This document shows positions 29,812 through 39,909 of a stretch of 64,000 bases of DNA, piece after piece. The position numbers and the translations under genes are program-made. The notes below the pieces were generated by a model. That model searched no databases and was not told the origin of the DNA. It worked only from the letters and a program-made list of their open reading frames with translations. The stretch covers positions 1 through 64,000 of the forward strand of contig CAVYES010000004.1 in the NCBI GenBank assembly GCA_963767735.1, read 5' to 3'. This stretch comes from Candidatus Bathyarchaeota archaeon. GTDB taxonomy: Archaea; Thermoproteota; Bathyarchaeia; Bathyarchaeales; Bathycorpusculaceae. Positions within the stretch are counted from its first letter, which is position 1. Every line of letters starts with the position of its first letter.

Positions 29812-30263
29812 AAACCGACATCCCTAAAAATAATTGATTTTAAAGTATTAAAATTTACTTAGAGACGGATCGGGAAATAGAGGAATCCGCCTTTTTTTTA
29901 TTAGTTTTGTTTTGGATAATAACGAATTTATGTAAATTAGAACAGGAGAAAAAACTTCAGAGAAAATAGGGAACATAAAAAGAAAAAGAGGGCTATTTAC
30001 CGTAAATTCTACGTTTATAGCTTGTCTTCACTCCAAATGTAATTTATAACTTAGCGCTTCTGAGGGCATTATCGTTTTTGATGAAAATTTACTAACAAAA
30101 AAGCCTACCCTCCTCCCTACCCGCATTTTACAGTGGTTTTCACTGGCTAAAGTGCGCCTATCTCACTTTTTTTGTTACCCAAATGACCCGCCAAAAAGAG
30201 ACCCTATTTCTTATTTTTTTGAAATAAAACTTCTGCTCTCTTCACGACTTAAGAAAACAAACA

Positions 30264-30476
30264 TTAAGTGCTGATTCGTTTTCTGATGGCTTCGCACTGT
30301 TCGGGCGTGAACACTTCTTCTTCGCATGCGGGACATCTGAGTGCTTTCACGTTGCGCAAAATAACTCCGTCTACTTCAAAGTCAAACTCGACTTCGACGT
30401 ATTCAACGCAACATGTCGTACAAAGTAAAGCATTTGCCTTAACACTTTTGGGTTTACTGGGTGAATTTTTTTCCAA
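30264..30476 (-). CDS. YgiT-type zinc finger protein
   Basis: CTTC...NVKALRCPACEEEVFTPEQ. Confidence 0.7.
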   Translation of the reverse strand: MEKNSPSKPKSVKANALLCTTCCVEYVEVEFDFEVDGVILRNVKALRCPACEEEVFTPEQCEAIRKRIST

Positions 30477-30927
30477 GCTCTTCTGCCCAAGCCTCTACCT
30501 TAGCCATGTCCGTATTATCCACCATGGTTTTTCTCAGAATTCTTATGCGTCCGCCAAAGGCTTCTGTAGATACAGGATTAATGTTGGGATATTTAGCGAG
30601 AGTATTTTCGACGAATCTGGCTTTCGCGGTTTTATAGCTTCCCGGCGTTCCTGCCCATGAAGATGAGACAAAAAAAGCCACTTGTTTGCCACTGACGTCA
30701 TTTTTGAGAAACTTTAACGCTTTACTGTAAACTTTGCCTCCCCTGACGCCTCCGCCGATAACCACATTTCTGTATTGCGCTAAGTCGATCACTTTTTGCT
30801 CTTTAAGGTCAACCAAGTCAACCTCTAACTGATATTTGGAACGCAAGACGTCGGCAATTTTTCTCGCTGACTCTTCAGTGGCTCCACCCTTAGTTTCATA
30901 CGCTATAAGAGTCTTGTTTCCACCCAC
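30454..30927 (-). CDS. Flavodoxin-like domain protein (HemG-like)
   Basis: IAYETKGGAT, VVIGGGV, AFFVS, FGGR, W.EE. Confidence 0.85.
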   Translation of the reverse strand: MGGNKTLIAYETKGGATEESARKIADVLRSKYQLEVDLVDLKEQKVIDLAQYRNVVIGGGVRGGKVYSKALKFLKNDVSGKQVAFFVSSSWAGTPGSYKTAKARFVENTLAKYPNINPVSTEAFGGRIRILRKTMVDNTDMAKVEAWAEELGKKFTQ

Positions 30928-30929
30928 TT

Positions 30930-31283
30930 TTAACCACTGCCATGCGACTCTTCAAGCGGCGCAATTTTTGCTCCACATTTATTGCAGAAAACTGAGCCAG
31001 AAGGGTTCTTTGTGCTGCATTGCGTGCACTCAACGGTTTCTGACTGCTGCACAGGTTTTTGCTGCCAGTTCTCTTTTGCTTTCTGGATAGCTGAATGCGT
31101 TTCTCGTGCGGCGATGCTGAATGCTTTTTCAAGCTCTATTCCCACACTGTAAAAAGCATCCCGTAACTCGTCGGAAGGATAAACAACGTTTGCAGACCTG
31201 CCTTTCAAGGATTTAGTGCCGCATTTTGGGCAAAAGTTAGCGTCATCAGCTATCTTTTCGCCGCAGTTAGGACAGTTAACCAT
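30930..31283 (-). CDS. Double zinc-ribbon protein
   Basis: CPNCG...FCPKCG and CTQC...FCNKCG. Confidence 0.85.
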   Translation of the reverse strand: MVNCPNCGEKIADDANFCPKCGTKSLKGRSANVVYPSDELRDAFYSVGIELEKAFSIAARETHSAIQKAKENWQQKPVQQSETVECTQCSTKNPSGSVFCNKCGAKIAPLEESHGSG

Positions 31284-31371
31284 AGTTATTCACCGTAAAT
31301 ATCCATGTTGTGTTGTGGATTTAAGCCTTTATTGATTATGAGATTCAAGAAAAAAAGAAGATGCAAGAAAG

Positions 31372-32748
31372 CTATGTGGGCAATGCTTCAATCGAGAGTT
31401 TTTGTTTTGCCTCTTCAATAAGTTTTATTGTTTGTAGTCGCCATGGCTCAAAGTTCTGTGGTGTTGCGGGGTAAGTGTTGTAGTGTGCACCAACCTGCCT
31501 CATCATCGTAACTGTCAAACTCAACTTTTTGAGGAACCCTACCCGTCGAATGCCTCTGAAAACCCTTTTAGCAGTTTCAGTGATGTTTAGGTGGAAGTCG
31601 TCGCCCATGCCTGCTTTTAACACGTCATCTTCCGTCATGAGTTTCTCGTTCATGCCGTAGTTTAGGTCTTTGTCGCTGCATGATAAAAGGAACATGCGGA
31701 ACACATCTAGACTTGCTTGTTTTTTGCCGTAAGTTTCAATGTACTTCTTGTTGTAACTCCACAATGCTTCTTTTGTAGGTTCGCCTTTGGCTAAGGCTTC
31801 AACGATTGTTTGCCCCGCAAAGTACCCGCTTAGCATTGATGGTCCAATGCCGCCACCGTGAATAGGATTAACCAGCGACGCAGCATCTCCGACGAGCACG
31901 ATGCCGTTGGCAACCATGTTATCCAGTGGCCTGCGCGTTGGATCAAACCATGCGCCCCCGGTTAAAACAAATGAGCCTGCAAACGCCGGTTTCGCAAATG
32001 TATTATCATATAGCTGCTTTTTTGGGTTTGGATATTTGCCTCGCATGCATATCCCTAAGCCAACGTTAACTCTTGCTCCGCCTTTGGGAAAAATCCACAC
32101 GTATCCGCCTGGAGCCACTTTCTGGTTAAGGTAAATTTCGCAGAAGTTAGTGTTCTCGGTTTCCCGTGTTAGCTGACGGATTTCGCGGTAGCATGCTTCA
32201 ACATCTTCATTTTCTATTTCTTTGTCTATGCCCATTTCCTGTGGAAGCTGATGTCGAACAACACTGAAGAAGCCGCTGGCGTCAACCACAACTTTGCTTT
32301 TTAACTGTACAGTTTGGCCTGTCTTCATGTTTTTTGCTGTAACGCCTGCTAGCCCATTTTTCTCAATTATTGGCGAGCGGAAATTCATGTTGTCCTCCAG
32401 GACAGCGCCTTTGTCGGTTGCTTTTTTTACTAGCCATTGCCCAAACAGTCGTCTGTTAAGCAAATACCCGACAAAGTCCTTATCAGCTATCGTGAAAACC
32501 GTGTTCTCGTCAGGCGAATAAATTTTGATGCCGTCAATCCGCGTCTCTAATTCGCCGCCGGTTGGCTTCTCAAGCCCCAGAAACTTTAGATGGTGCTCTC
32601 CAAGAGCGTCGCCGCAGATTTTTTCTCCAATCTGCTCACGCTTTTTCTTTTCAATTATGCAAACTTTTAAGCCTGATTCAGCAATGGTTTTTGCGGCTAA
32701 GCAGCCTGCTGTTCCTGCGCCTACGACTATGGCGTCATATTTTTCCAC
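31372..32748 (-). CDS. Geranylgeranyl reductase (DGGGPL reductase family)
   Basis: VVGAGTAG, KICGD, PGGYVWIFPKG, VGDAA..VNPIHGGGI. Confidence 0.92.
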   Translation of the reverse strand: MEKYDAIVVGAGTAGCLAAKTIAESGLKVCIIEKKKREQIGEKICGDALGEHHLKFLGLEKPTGGELETRIDGIKIYSPDENTVFTIADKDFVGYLLNRRLFGQWLVKKATDKGAVLEDNMNFRSPIIEKNGLAGVTAKNMKTGQTVQLKSKVVVDASGFFSVVRHQLPQEMGIDKEIENEDVEACYREIRQLTRETENTNFCEIYLNQKVAPGGYVWIFPKGGARVNVGLGICMRGKYPNPKKQLYDNTFAKPAFAGSFVLTGGAWFDPTRRPLDNMVANGIVLVGDAASLVNPIHGGGIGPSMLSGYFAGQTIVEALAKGEPTKEALWSYNKKYIETYGKKQASLDVFRMFLLSCSDKDLNYGMNEKLMTEDDVLKAGMGDDFHLNITETAKRVFRGIRRVGFLKKLSLTVTMMRQVGAHYNTYPATPQNFEPWRLQTIKLIEEAKQKLSIEALPT

Positions 32749-32819
32749 GAATTTTTTCCTCCATGGCTTGATGTAATTTGTATACCTTGTTGTATTAGTA
32801 AACCCTTATAAATTATGAA

Positions 32820-33290
32820 GTGCGCCAAACTACACCGAGTGTAGAGGCAATGAGTGCTCCATTAACTTTAAGCGCTGAATTCCGAAAAATCGTTGAAGCC
32901 CGAATGAACCAAGTTTTAAAAGGCGTAGAGGAAACGTTCAACCAAATAATAGAAACTCAAAAGATAACTCCCACAGAACTTAAAGAAGAACTTGATAGTT
33001 TGCAAGAAAGCTTCAACCTTTTATTCCAGAAATGGAGCCTTGAAATCCTCTATACACTACTGCTCAAAGACGCCATCGGGTTTGGAGAAATAAAAAAAAT
33101 TTTAGCCGTCAATTCCCGCACCCTATCAGATAAGCTAAAGATGCTTCAGAAGCATGGGTATATAACAAGAGAAGTTACCGATGGCCCGCCACTGCGAGTG
33201 GAGTATTCTCTAACTGCAAAAGGAAAAAACACTGTGCTGCTTGCATTGCCGCTTCTGTACTATTCAAGCTCTGCCACTGTTGAGGCTTAA
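32820..33290 (+). CDS. HxlR-family winged-HTH regulator
   Basis: KWSLEIL...FGEI...SRTLSDKLK.L...PPLRVEYSLT.KG. Confidence 0.88.
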   Translation: MRQTTPSVEAMSAPLTLSAEFRKIVEARMNQVLKGVEETFNQIIETQKITPTELKEELDSLQESFNLLFQKWSLEILYTLLLKDAIGFGEIKKILAVNSRTLSDKLKMLQKHGYITREVTDGPPLRVEYSLTAKGKNTVLLALPLLYYSSSATVEA

Positions 33291-33439
33291 CTGATTGCTT
33301 AGCCCTTTTTCAGAGCTTACATGACACATTTCTGATGCGATTTAGCGGTAAATTAACAATCGGTATAGGCTCAGTTGTTAAAGACCAGACAAAACACAAA
33401 TAAACACTATCTTCTATTCCTTCATGGAAGGATTCAAAA

Positions 33440-34753
33440 ATGGACACTTTAGGCGATTTACGCAGAACTCATTACTCAAACCAAATTGTTCCTGTAGCTG
33501 AAGGAAAAGGAGTGGTTATTTTCGGTATAGTTGCAAGCATCCGCGAGCATGGTAAACTTACCTTTTTAATCATCGAAGACTTAAACGGCATAGTTCAAGT
33601 AACCGTACATAAAAACAGCGTCCCAGAAAGTGTATTCTTCAAACTAAAGGAAATCCAAGAACAAACCTTCGTGGGCATCAAGGGCAAAGTGAAAAGCACA
33701 GAAAAAGCTCCACATGGAGCCGAAATAGTGCCTGACGAAATAAGAGTTCTTTCAATCCCACAGAGTTTGGCCCCTTTTAAACTGTACAAACAAAGGTTGC
33801 CAAACATTGAAAAACGCTTAGACCTACGGGCAATTGACCTTAGACGGCCTCAGGCTAAAGCTATGTTCAAAATGAAACATGTTGCCCTCCAATCCATTAG
33901 AGCATTTTTCAGTTCTCAAGGTTACTTGGAAGTCGAAACTCCCAAAATCATTTCAACCGCTACAGAAGGCGGAGCTGCTCTTTTCCCATTACTCTACTAC
34001 AACAAAGAAGCTTTCCTAGCACAGAGTCCCCAACTCTACAAAGAACAGCTTGTTGGGGCATTCGAAAAAGTCTTTGAAATCGGTCCAATTTTCAGGGCGG
34101 AAAGATCCCGCACAATGAAGCATCTAAGCGAGGCAACATCAGTTGACCTCGAAGAAGCCTATGTTACATACAACGATGTGATGCAGACTCTTGAACGGGT
34201 TATAACTTTCGCAATCAGTGAAATTGTAAGCAAATGCAAAGACGAACTTTCATTACTTAAAATCAAGTTAAAGGTTCCTCAAACCCCATTTAAAATTTAT
34301 TCCTACGATGAAATACTCAAGCTTCTCAGCGACGAAGAAATCGAAGTCGCCTGGGGTAAGGATCTTTTTACATCGGAAATGAAAGTCTTGGAGAAAAAGC
34401 TACCAGGCTTTTATTTTATAAAGGATTGGCCGACGGCTTCTAAATCGTTCTACCTAAAAGCAAAGGAAGACAAACCTGAAATATGTGAGTCTTTCGATTT
34501 AATGCATGGCTCCCTTGAAATTTCTTCAGGGGGATCAAGAATTGATCAAAAACAAACGTTGGTGGAAAAACTAAAGGAAAGAAGCTTTGACCCCGCATCA
34601 TTCGAGTACCACTTAAAAGTTTTCGACTATGGCATGCCGCCACACGCAGGATTCGGATTTGGCCTTGACCGATTGATGATGGTGATTTGTAAGCAGAAAA
34701 ACATCCGCGAAGTAGTACTCTACCCCCGAGACCAACGCAGGTTAATCCCATAA
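33440..34753 (+). CDS. aspS: Aspartyl-tRNA synthetase, archaeal non-discriminating type
   Basis: RTHYS, QSPQLYK, FRAE, GMPPHAG.G.GLDR; His in REHG and Pro in KAP, the residues associated with ND-AspRS. Confidence 0.93.
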   Translation: MDTLGDLRRTHYSNQIVPVAEGKGVVIFGIVASIREHGKLTFLIIEDLNGIVQVTVHKNSVPESVFFKLKEIQEQTFVGIKGKVKSTEKAPHGAEIVPDEIRVLSIPQSLAPFKLYKQRLPNIEKRLDLRAIDLRRPQAKAMFKMKHVALQSIRAFFSSQGYLEVETPKIISTATEGGAALFPLLYYNKEAFLAQSPQLYKEQLVGAFEKVFEIGPIFRAERSRTMKHLSEATSVDLEEAYVTYNDVMQTLERVITFAISEIVSKCKDELSLLKIKLKVPQTPFKIYSYDEILKLLSDEEIEVAWGKDLFTSEMKVLEKKLPGFYFIKDWPTASKSFYLKAKEDKPEICESFDLMHGSLEISSGGSRIDQKQTLVEKLKERSFDPASFEYHLKVFDYGMPPHAGFGFGLDRLMMVICKQKNIREVVLYPRDQRRLIP

Positions 34754-34777
34754 AAACGTTCTAGGAGCAATTTTAAA

Positions 34778-35080
34778 ATGAGTAAAAAATCAACCGAGGG
34801 CGCTGAAGTCAAACCTCAAATAAAACATCTCTCTTGGCTAGCCAGAATTGAGTTATCTGAAGACGATGAACAATTATTTTCCAGTCAACTAAATGATATA
34901 CTGGACCTGTTCAAAAAAATAGATGAAGTGCGCTTAGAAAATGTTCAGCCTACTTATCACGCGCTTCAGCTGACAAACGTTTGGCGGGAAGATGTAGTTG
35001 AGCCTTCAATGAGTGCTGAAATACTCAACAATGTTCCGCACCTTATAGGTCGCTATGTCAAGGCGCCAAGGATGGGATAA
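34778..35080 (+). CDS. gatC: Asp-tRNA(Asn)/Glu-tRNA(Gln) amidotransferase subunit C
   Basis: HLSWLARIEL...REDV...YVKAPR; operon context. Confidence 0.93.
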   Translation: MSKKSTEGAEVKPQIKHLSWLARIELSEDDEQLFSSQLNDILDLFKKIDEVRLENVQPTYHALQLTNVWREDVVEPSMSAEILNNVPHLIGRYVKAPRMG

Positions 35081-35086
35081 CCACAA

Positions 35087-36556
35087 ATGTCTGAAGACAG
35101 TTTGGAATTGTCTGCTTGGGAGCTTTCCGCAAAAATAAGAACAAGAGAACTACAAGCTGAAGATTACATTTGCTCCTTGTTTGAACATATAAAAAAAGTC
35201 GAAGGCCAAATTAAATCGTACATTTCTCTTGATGAGGAAGGTGCAGTCAGCCAAGCTAAAGCCATTGACAAAAAGATTAAGGCAGGCAGCAAAATTGGAA
35301 AATTATGCGGTTTAGGAATTTCAATTAAAGATAACATTTGCACTAAAAAGCTTCGAACTACTTGTGGGTCGCGGATGCTTGAGAATTATATCTCTCCTTA
35401 TGACGCTACAGTGATTGAACATATTAAAAATGAAGATGGCATTATAGTTGGCAAAACTAACATGGATGAGTTTGCCATGGGATCATCTACAGAGCACAGT
35501 TACTTCGGTCCTACTCATAATCCCTGGGATATTTCCCGCGTTCCAGGCGGCTCTTCTGGCGGCAGTGCAGCTTCAATCGCAGCCAAAGAGGCTACTTTAT
35601 CTCTCGGCGGAGACACAGGCGGTTCAATCAGGTGCCCTTCAAGCTTCTGCGGAGTCACAGGCATAAAGACAACTTATGGGTTAGTCAGCAGATACGGCAT
35701 GGTATCTTACGCTAACAGCCTTGAACAGATAGGTCCAATCGGAAAAAACGTTCGTGACTGCGCATTACTGCTTGAGGTTATTGCTGGTTATGACCCTCGG
35801 GATAGCACTTCAGTCAAAGACAAAACAAAGCAGTATACAAAAAACTTGGGTTGCAACATTGATAAACTCAAAATTGGCATACCGAAAGAATTCTTCGCGC
35901 AAGGAATAGACCCTTCGGTTAAGGAAACCGTTCTTGGAGCAATTACCAAAATACAGAGCCAGTATAAGGTTACTTCAAAGGAGCTTTCGCTAAAGAGAGT
36001 ATCAGATAGCCTTCCAGCCTACTACATAATCGCTATGGCCGAAGCAAGTTCCAATCTCGCAAGGTACGACGGCATGCGGTACGGTTTTAGAGTAGATGAC
36101 AAAACTTTTGATTGGAGCACAGTGTTTTCTAAAGATAGGGAAATCGGGTTCGGTCAAGAAGTGAAAAGACGAATCATTCTGGGAACCTTCGCTCTGTCCG
36201 CTGGATATTATGATCAGTTTTACTTGAAGGCTCAAAAGATTAGAACTTTAATCGTTGACGACTTTACCCACGCCTTTGAAGACGTTGATGTATTAGTTGC
36301 TCCCACCATGCCTATTTTACCGTTCAAGATTGGTGAAAAAATCAGCGACCCTATACAAATGTACCTTTGCGATGTGGATACCGTCCCAATTAACCTGGCT
36401 GGGGTTCCATCGATTTCAATACCGTGTGGCTTCCGAAGAGGACTGCCAGTAGGTTTACAATTAATTGCGCCGCCCTTCCGAGAAGATTTGTTGTTCAATG
36501 TGGCTTCAGCCTTCGAAGAAACGTTGAAATCAAGTAAAAGGCCAATTTTGGAGTGA
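35087..36556 (+). CDS. gatA: Amidotransferase subunit A
   Basis: IKDNI, GKTNMDEFAMGSS, PGGSSGGSA, DTGGSIR. Confidence 0.97.
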   Translation: MSEDSLELSAWELSAKIRTRELQAEDYICSLFEHIKKVEGQIKSYISLDEEGAVSQAKAIDKKIKAGSKIGKLCGLGISIKDNICTKKLRTTCGSRMLENYISPYDATVIEHIKNEDGIIVGKTNMDEFAMGSSTEHSYFGPTHNPWDISRVPGGSSGGSAASIAAKEATLSLGGDTGGSIRCPSSFCGVTGIKTTYGLVSRYGMVSYANSLEQIGPIGKNVRDCALLLEVIAGYDPRDSTSVKDKTKQYTKNLGCNIDKLKIGIPKEFFAQGIDPSVKETVLGAITKIQSQYKVTSKELSLKRVSDSLPAYYIIAMAEASSNLARYDGMRYGFRVDDKTFDWSTVFSKDREIGFGQEVKRRIILGTFALSAGYYDQFYLKAQKIRTLIVDDFTHAFEDVDVLVAPTMPILPFKIGEKISDPIQMYLCDVDTVPINLAGVPSISIPCGFRRGLPVGLQLIAPPFREDLLFNVASAFEETLKSSKRPILE

Positions 36557-36562
36557 GCAGAA

Positions 36563-38011
36563 ATGATTGAAAATGAACTCGGAATAATGATTGGGCTTGA
36601 AATACACGTTCAACTCACTCACCTTAAAACCAAACTGTTTTGCGGTTGCTCAACGAATTACAGAGGAAAGAAACCTAACACAAACCTGTGTCCAACATGC
36701 ATGGGTTTGCCTGGAAGTTTACCAGTTATAAATGAGCAGGCCGTCAAGGATGCAGTTGCCCTATCTTTTGCACTAAACGCCCAAGTACAGCAGAAAATGT
36801 TGTTTTTTAGAAAAAACTATTACTACCCAGATATGCCCAAAAACTTCCAAATTACTCAATATGATAAAGCAGGCGGTGTCCCATTCTCAATCAAAGGCAG
36901 AGTCACAATGGTTGGGCTAAGGGATATTCGCATAACTAGATTGCAACTTGAGGAAGACCCTGCAAGGCTTGCTTATGAGGGCACCATTGACGCGTCAACA
37001 GCAACATTGGTTGACTATAACCGAGCAGGCATTTCATTAATCGAAATTGTCACCGAACCAGACTTTCGCTCTCCAAAGGAAGCAAGAATTTTCTTAGACA
37101 AGCTTAGGTCAATAGTTGAATCTCTGGGAATATCAGACGGTACTTTGGAGGGTTCAATGCGTTGCGACGCAAACATTTCTTTGAAAGGCGGAATACGAGT
37201 AGAGGTTAAAAATATTTCCTCATTTAAAGAAGTTGAACGTGCTCTCAACTTTGAGATTTCCAGGCAAAAAAGCCTGATTGCTAAAGAAATAAGAGTCAAA
37301 AGGGAAACGAGGCATTGGGACGAGGTTCGAAGAATCACAGTTTCGTTGCGCACAAAAGAAGAGGAACAGGATTACCGATATTTTCCAGAGCCCGATTTAG
37401 TTCCGATAGAATTGTCCTCGGAGTTTTTGCATGAAATTAAAATGAAAATGCCTGAACTGCCTGAAAACCTTGAACAACGCCTCGTAGAACAATATGCCAT
37501 CTCACGTTCCAACGCAAGAATATTAGCAGAAAACAAAGAATTTGCAAAATACTTTGAGAATTGCGCCAAACTATTTCATGACTCAAAAGAGATAAGCAAC
37601 TGGATTGTAAGCGACTTAATACCTTCTTTAACTAAGAAAGACATTATCCTAAATAAAGCCAAAATTTCTCCTGAAAACTTTTGCAGCTTGCTTGAGATGA
37701 TAAAAGAAGGACGAATAAACAGGCCTGCCGCTAAAAGCGTTCTAGATGAGGCTATCGTTACAGGCAAAACGCCTAGAATTATAGCGAAGGAACTTGGTTT
37801 GACGAAAATGACCGATCAATCCAAGATTTCCGACGTCGTTGATAAGATCTTTCAGGAAAATCCTGCGGCTGTCGATGCCGCTTTAAAAGATGAACATGCA
37901 ATTAACTATTTGGTTGGTCTAAGTATGAAAGCGACAAGGGGACAGGCTGACCCCAACATAATAAATAAATTGATTAGAAAGAAACTCTCTGAATTTTCTC
38001 TAAAACTATAG
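36563..38011 (+). CDS. gatB: Amidotransferase subunit B
   Basis: IGLEIHVQL, RKNYYYPD.PK.FQITQ, DYNRAG..LIEIVTEPD, DYRYFPEPD. Confidence 0.97.
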   Translation: MIENELGIMIGLEIHVQLTHLKTKLFCGCSTNYRGKKPNTNLCPTCMGLPGSLPVINEQAVKDAVALSFALNAQVQQKMLFFRKNYYYPDMPKNFQITQYDKAGGVPFSIKGRVTMVGLRDIRITRLQLEEDPARLAYEGTIDASTATLVDYNRAGISLIEIVTEPDFRSPKEARIFLDKLRSIVESLGISDGTLEGSMRCDANISLKGGIRVEVKNISSFKEVERALNFEISRQKSLIAKEIRVKRETRHWDEVRRITVSLRTKEEEQDYRYFPEPDLVPIELSSEFLHEIKMKMPELPENLEQRLVEQYAISRSNARILAENKEFAKYFENCAKLFHDSKEISNWIVSDLIPSLTKKDIILNKAKISPENFCSLLEMIKEGRINRPAAKSVLDEAIVTGKTPRIIAKELGLTKMTDQSKISDVVDKIFQENPAAVDAALKDEHAINYLVGLSMKATRGQADPNIINKLIRKKLSEFSLKL

Positions 38012-38039
38012 AGCTTTGATAGTCGCTCCAAAGCTACGT

Positions 38040-39068
38040 TTAAATTGTTATCTCTCCAGCCATATTTTCAAGCATAGCACTTCTAATTTTCTCAGGATCA
38101 ACGTAGTGACCGGTTACGTACATCAATTTGACTATTGCCACTTCGGAAAGCATGTCTCCTAAACCAACGACTCCCGCTTCTCTTAGTTTTTCACCTACTT
38201 CATAACGCAAATCTACTGCTCCTCGATTACATTGAGTGCACATGAAGACGGGGATTCCTGATTCTGTCGCCCTCTGAACACCCGGAAGAAATGAAAGACC
38301 ATTCGTGATAGTGTTTGCGTGACCAGCGCCTAATCCTTCAATTATGATTCCTTTATATCCGCGGTCTATGTACCAGTCTAAAATTTCCGGTTTCATGCCT
38401 GGAAAAATCTTGATGTATCCGACTTTAGACTCGATTTTGGCATCCAATTTTATTTGGTTACACATTTTTCTCTTATTTTGAGGATCTGAAATGTGGATTT
38501 CTTTCGTTGAACCTAAAAGTGGGCTGCAGAAACTATCAAAAGCGTCAGTATCAGAGGCGCTTGTTTTCCTAGCTCTGGTACCCTTGATTATCTTTGAGCC
38601 AAATACAATGCATATTCCGAAATTGCCGTAGGCTGCAACCTTTGCCGCATCGTATACGTTTTTAGGCGCATCCGAACCTTCTCGACCTACAGCAATCTGG
38701 GAGCCAGTCAATGCAACAGTTTTTGTGCACCCCTTCAACATGAATGATAACGCTGCTGAAGTATAATGCATGCTGTCAGTCCCGTGAGTTATCAGCACTC
38801 CGTCATACTCTCTATTTAAAGCATTGACCACTTCTCTTGCTATTATTTCCCAGTCTGTAGGATCAATGTTTGAGCTGTCTTTCATAGAAACGGAACCAAG
38901 GCTCACTATATCCTCAATATCAATATCAACCAGTTCATCCAGTTCATTAAAACTTGAAAGCAAGTCTTCCTTATCAGGTTCCTCGCCTGAGTAACCCAGC
39001 TTTCCCGTTGACGAGGTTTTCATGAAAATTGTTCCGCCGCACAGTATCCAACGTATTCGGGGCTTCAT
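38040..39068 (-). CDS. ansA: Type I L-asparaginase/glutaminase
   Basis: GGTI, HGTDS, LTGSQ, G.GAG motifs; 342 aa, lacks the GatD N-terminal domain. Confidence 0.85.
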   Translation of the reverse strand: MKPRIRWILCGGTIFMKTSSTGKLGYSGEEPDKEDLLSSFNELDELVDIDIEDIVSLGSVSMKDSSNIDPTDWEIIAREVVNALNREYDGVLITHGTDSMHYTSAALSFMLKGCTKTVALTGSQIAVGREGSDAPKNVYDAAKVAAYGNFGICIVFGSKIIKGTRARKTSASDTDAFDSFCSPLLGSTKEIHISDPQNKRKMCNQIKLDAKIESKVGYIKIFPGMKPEILDWYIDRGYKGIIIEGLGAGHANTITNGLSFLPGVQRATESGIPVFMCTQCNRGAVDLRYEVGEKLREAGVVGLGDMLSEVAIVKLMYVTGHYVDPEKIRSAMLENMAGEITI

Positions 39069-39150
39069 GGATTCCGTTCTATTCTATGTACCTATTATAA
39101 CTTCCCCATCAGGTTAGGTTTTTACAGAGCTATTGTTCGTTTGGCACAAT

Positions 39151-39501
39151 TTATTGTGGAAAAATGATCATGCTCTCGACAAATTGTTTCAGATCTTGAC
39201 GAGTCGGTTTCTTTATGATTTTCTGTTTTTGGTCGCCTTTTTGTTCATACTCGAGAAAACATACAGCTATCTTCATTTGAATTTTACTAGGGTAGTAAAT
39301 TGTTACTGTTATTATGTCTTTGTCGGAATCAAGATATATATATTCAGGATCGTAAGCAAAAGCTGGAATTTTTAGTTTCTTGACGATCCATAGCGGAAAC
39401 TTGTTTAATTCACTTTCGTTGCAAACCAACATGGTGCAAAAAAACCGCTCATGATCTAATAGAGTGACAAGCGGTATTGGACCACCAAAGGCTACATGCA
39501 C
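39151..39501 (-). CDS. Hypothetical protein
   Basis: 116-aa ORF; frame stays open to about 39680, with a possible CTG start at 39654. Confidence 0.5.
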   Translation of the reverse strand: MHVAFGGPIPLVTLLDHERFFCTMLVCNESELNKFPLWIVKKLKIPAFAYDPEYIYLDSDKDIITVTIYYPSKIQMKIAVCFLEYEQKGDQKQKIIKKPTRQDLKQFVESMIIFPQ

Positions 39502-39909
39502 TTCGGTCCCATTTTCATTTGCATCAGCGACATATTCATCTACGATTCTAAGAAAATTATACGTTGTATTGCACGTTTGAGTCTTTTTTACTCCAACGGG
39601 GAAATTGCTTTGTTCATGCCTTAACTCGCTTAGTGCACTTTTTTGAAGTTTCAGAGGTACTACCTTATTGTTCTTTCTTATTTATTACTTAGCTTATTCT
39701 TTCAGTTGAGGGTACACGTTAGTCTTAACAACATATGAACGGACATCTTTGGCTTTGAAGAATTAATTGCTTGCAGATGTTGATATCTCAATAGAAAACG
39801 CCTAAATATACTGCCCAAAAAACCAGGTCAAATTATTCCTAAATTTTGACATATACGTGAAGTGGTTTTATTAGTATCTTTTCAGCTTTCTTTAAAGTGG
39901 TAATAATTT

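Noticed and set aside
30123-30155. Hairpin GCATTTTA-CAGTG...CACTG-GC-TAAAGTGC
   Set aside because: Single isolated hairpin; not enough to call an RNA or element end.
38040-39068. GatD assignment
   Set aside because: Lacks the GatD N-terminal domain and there is no adjacent gatE.
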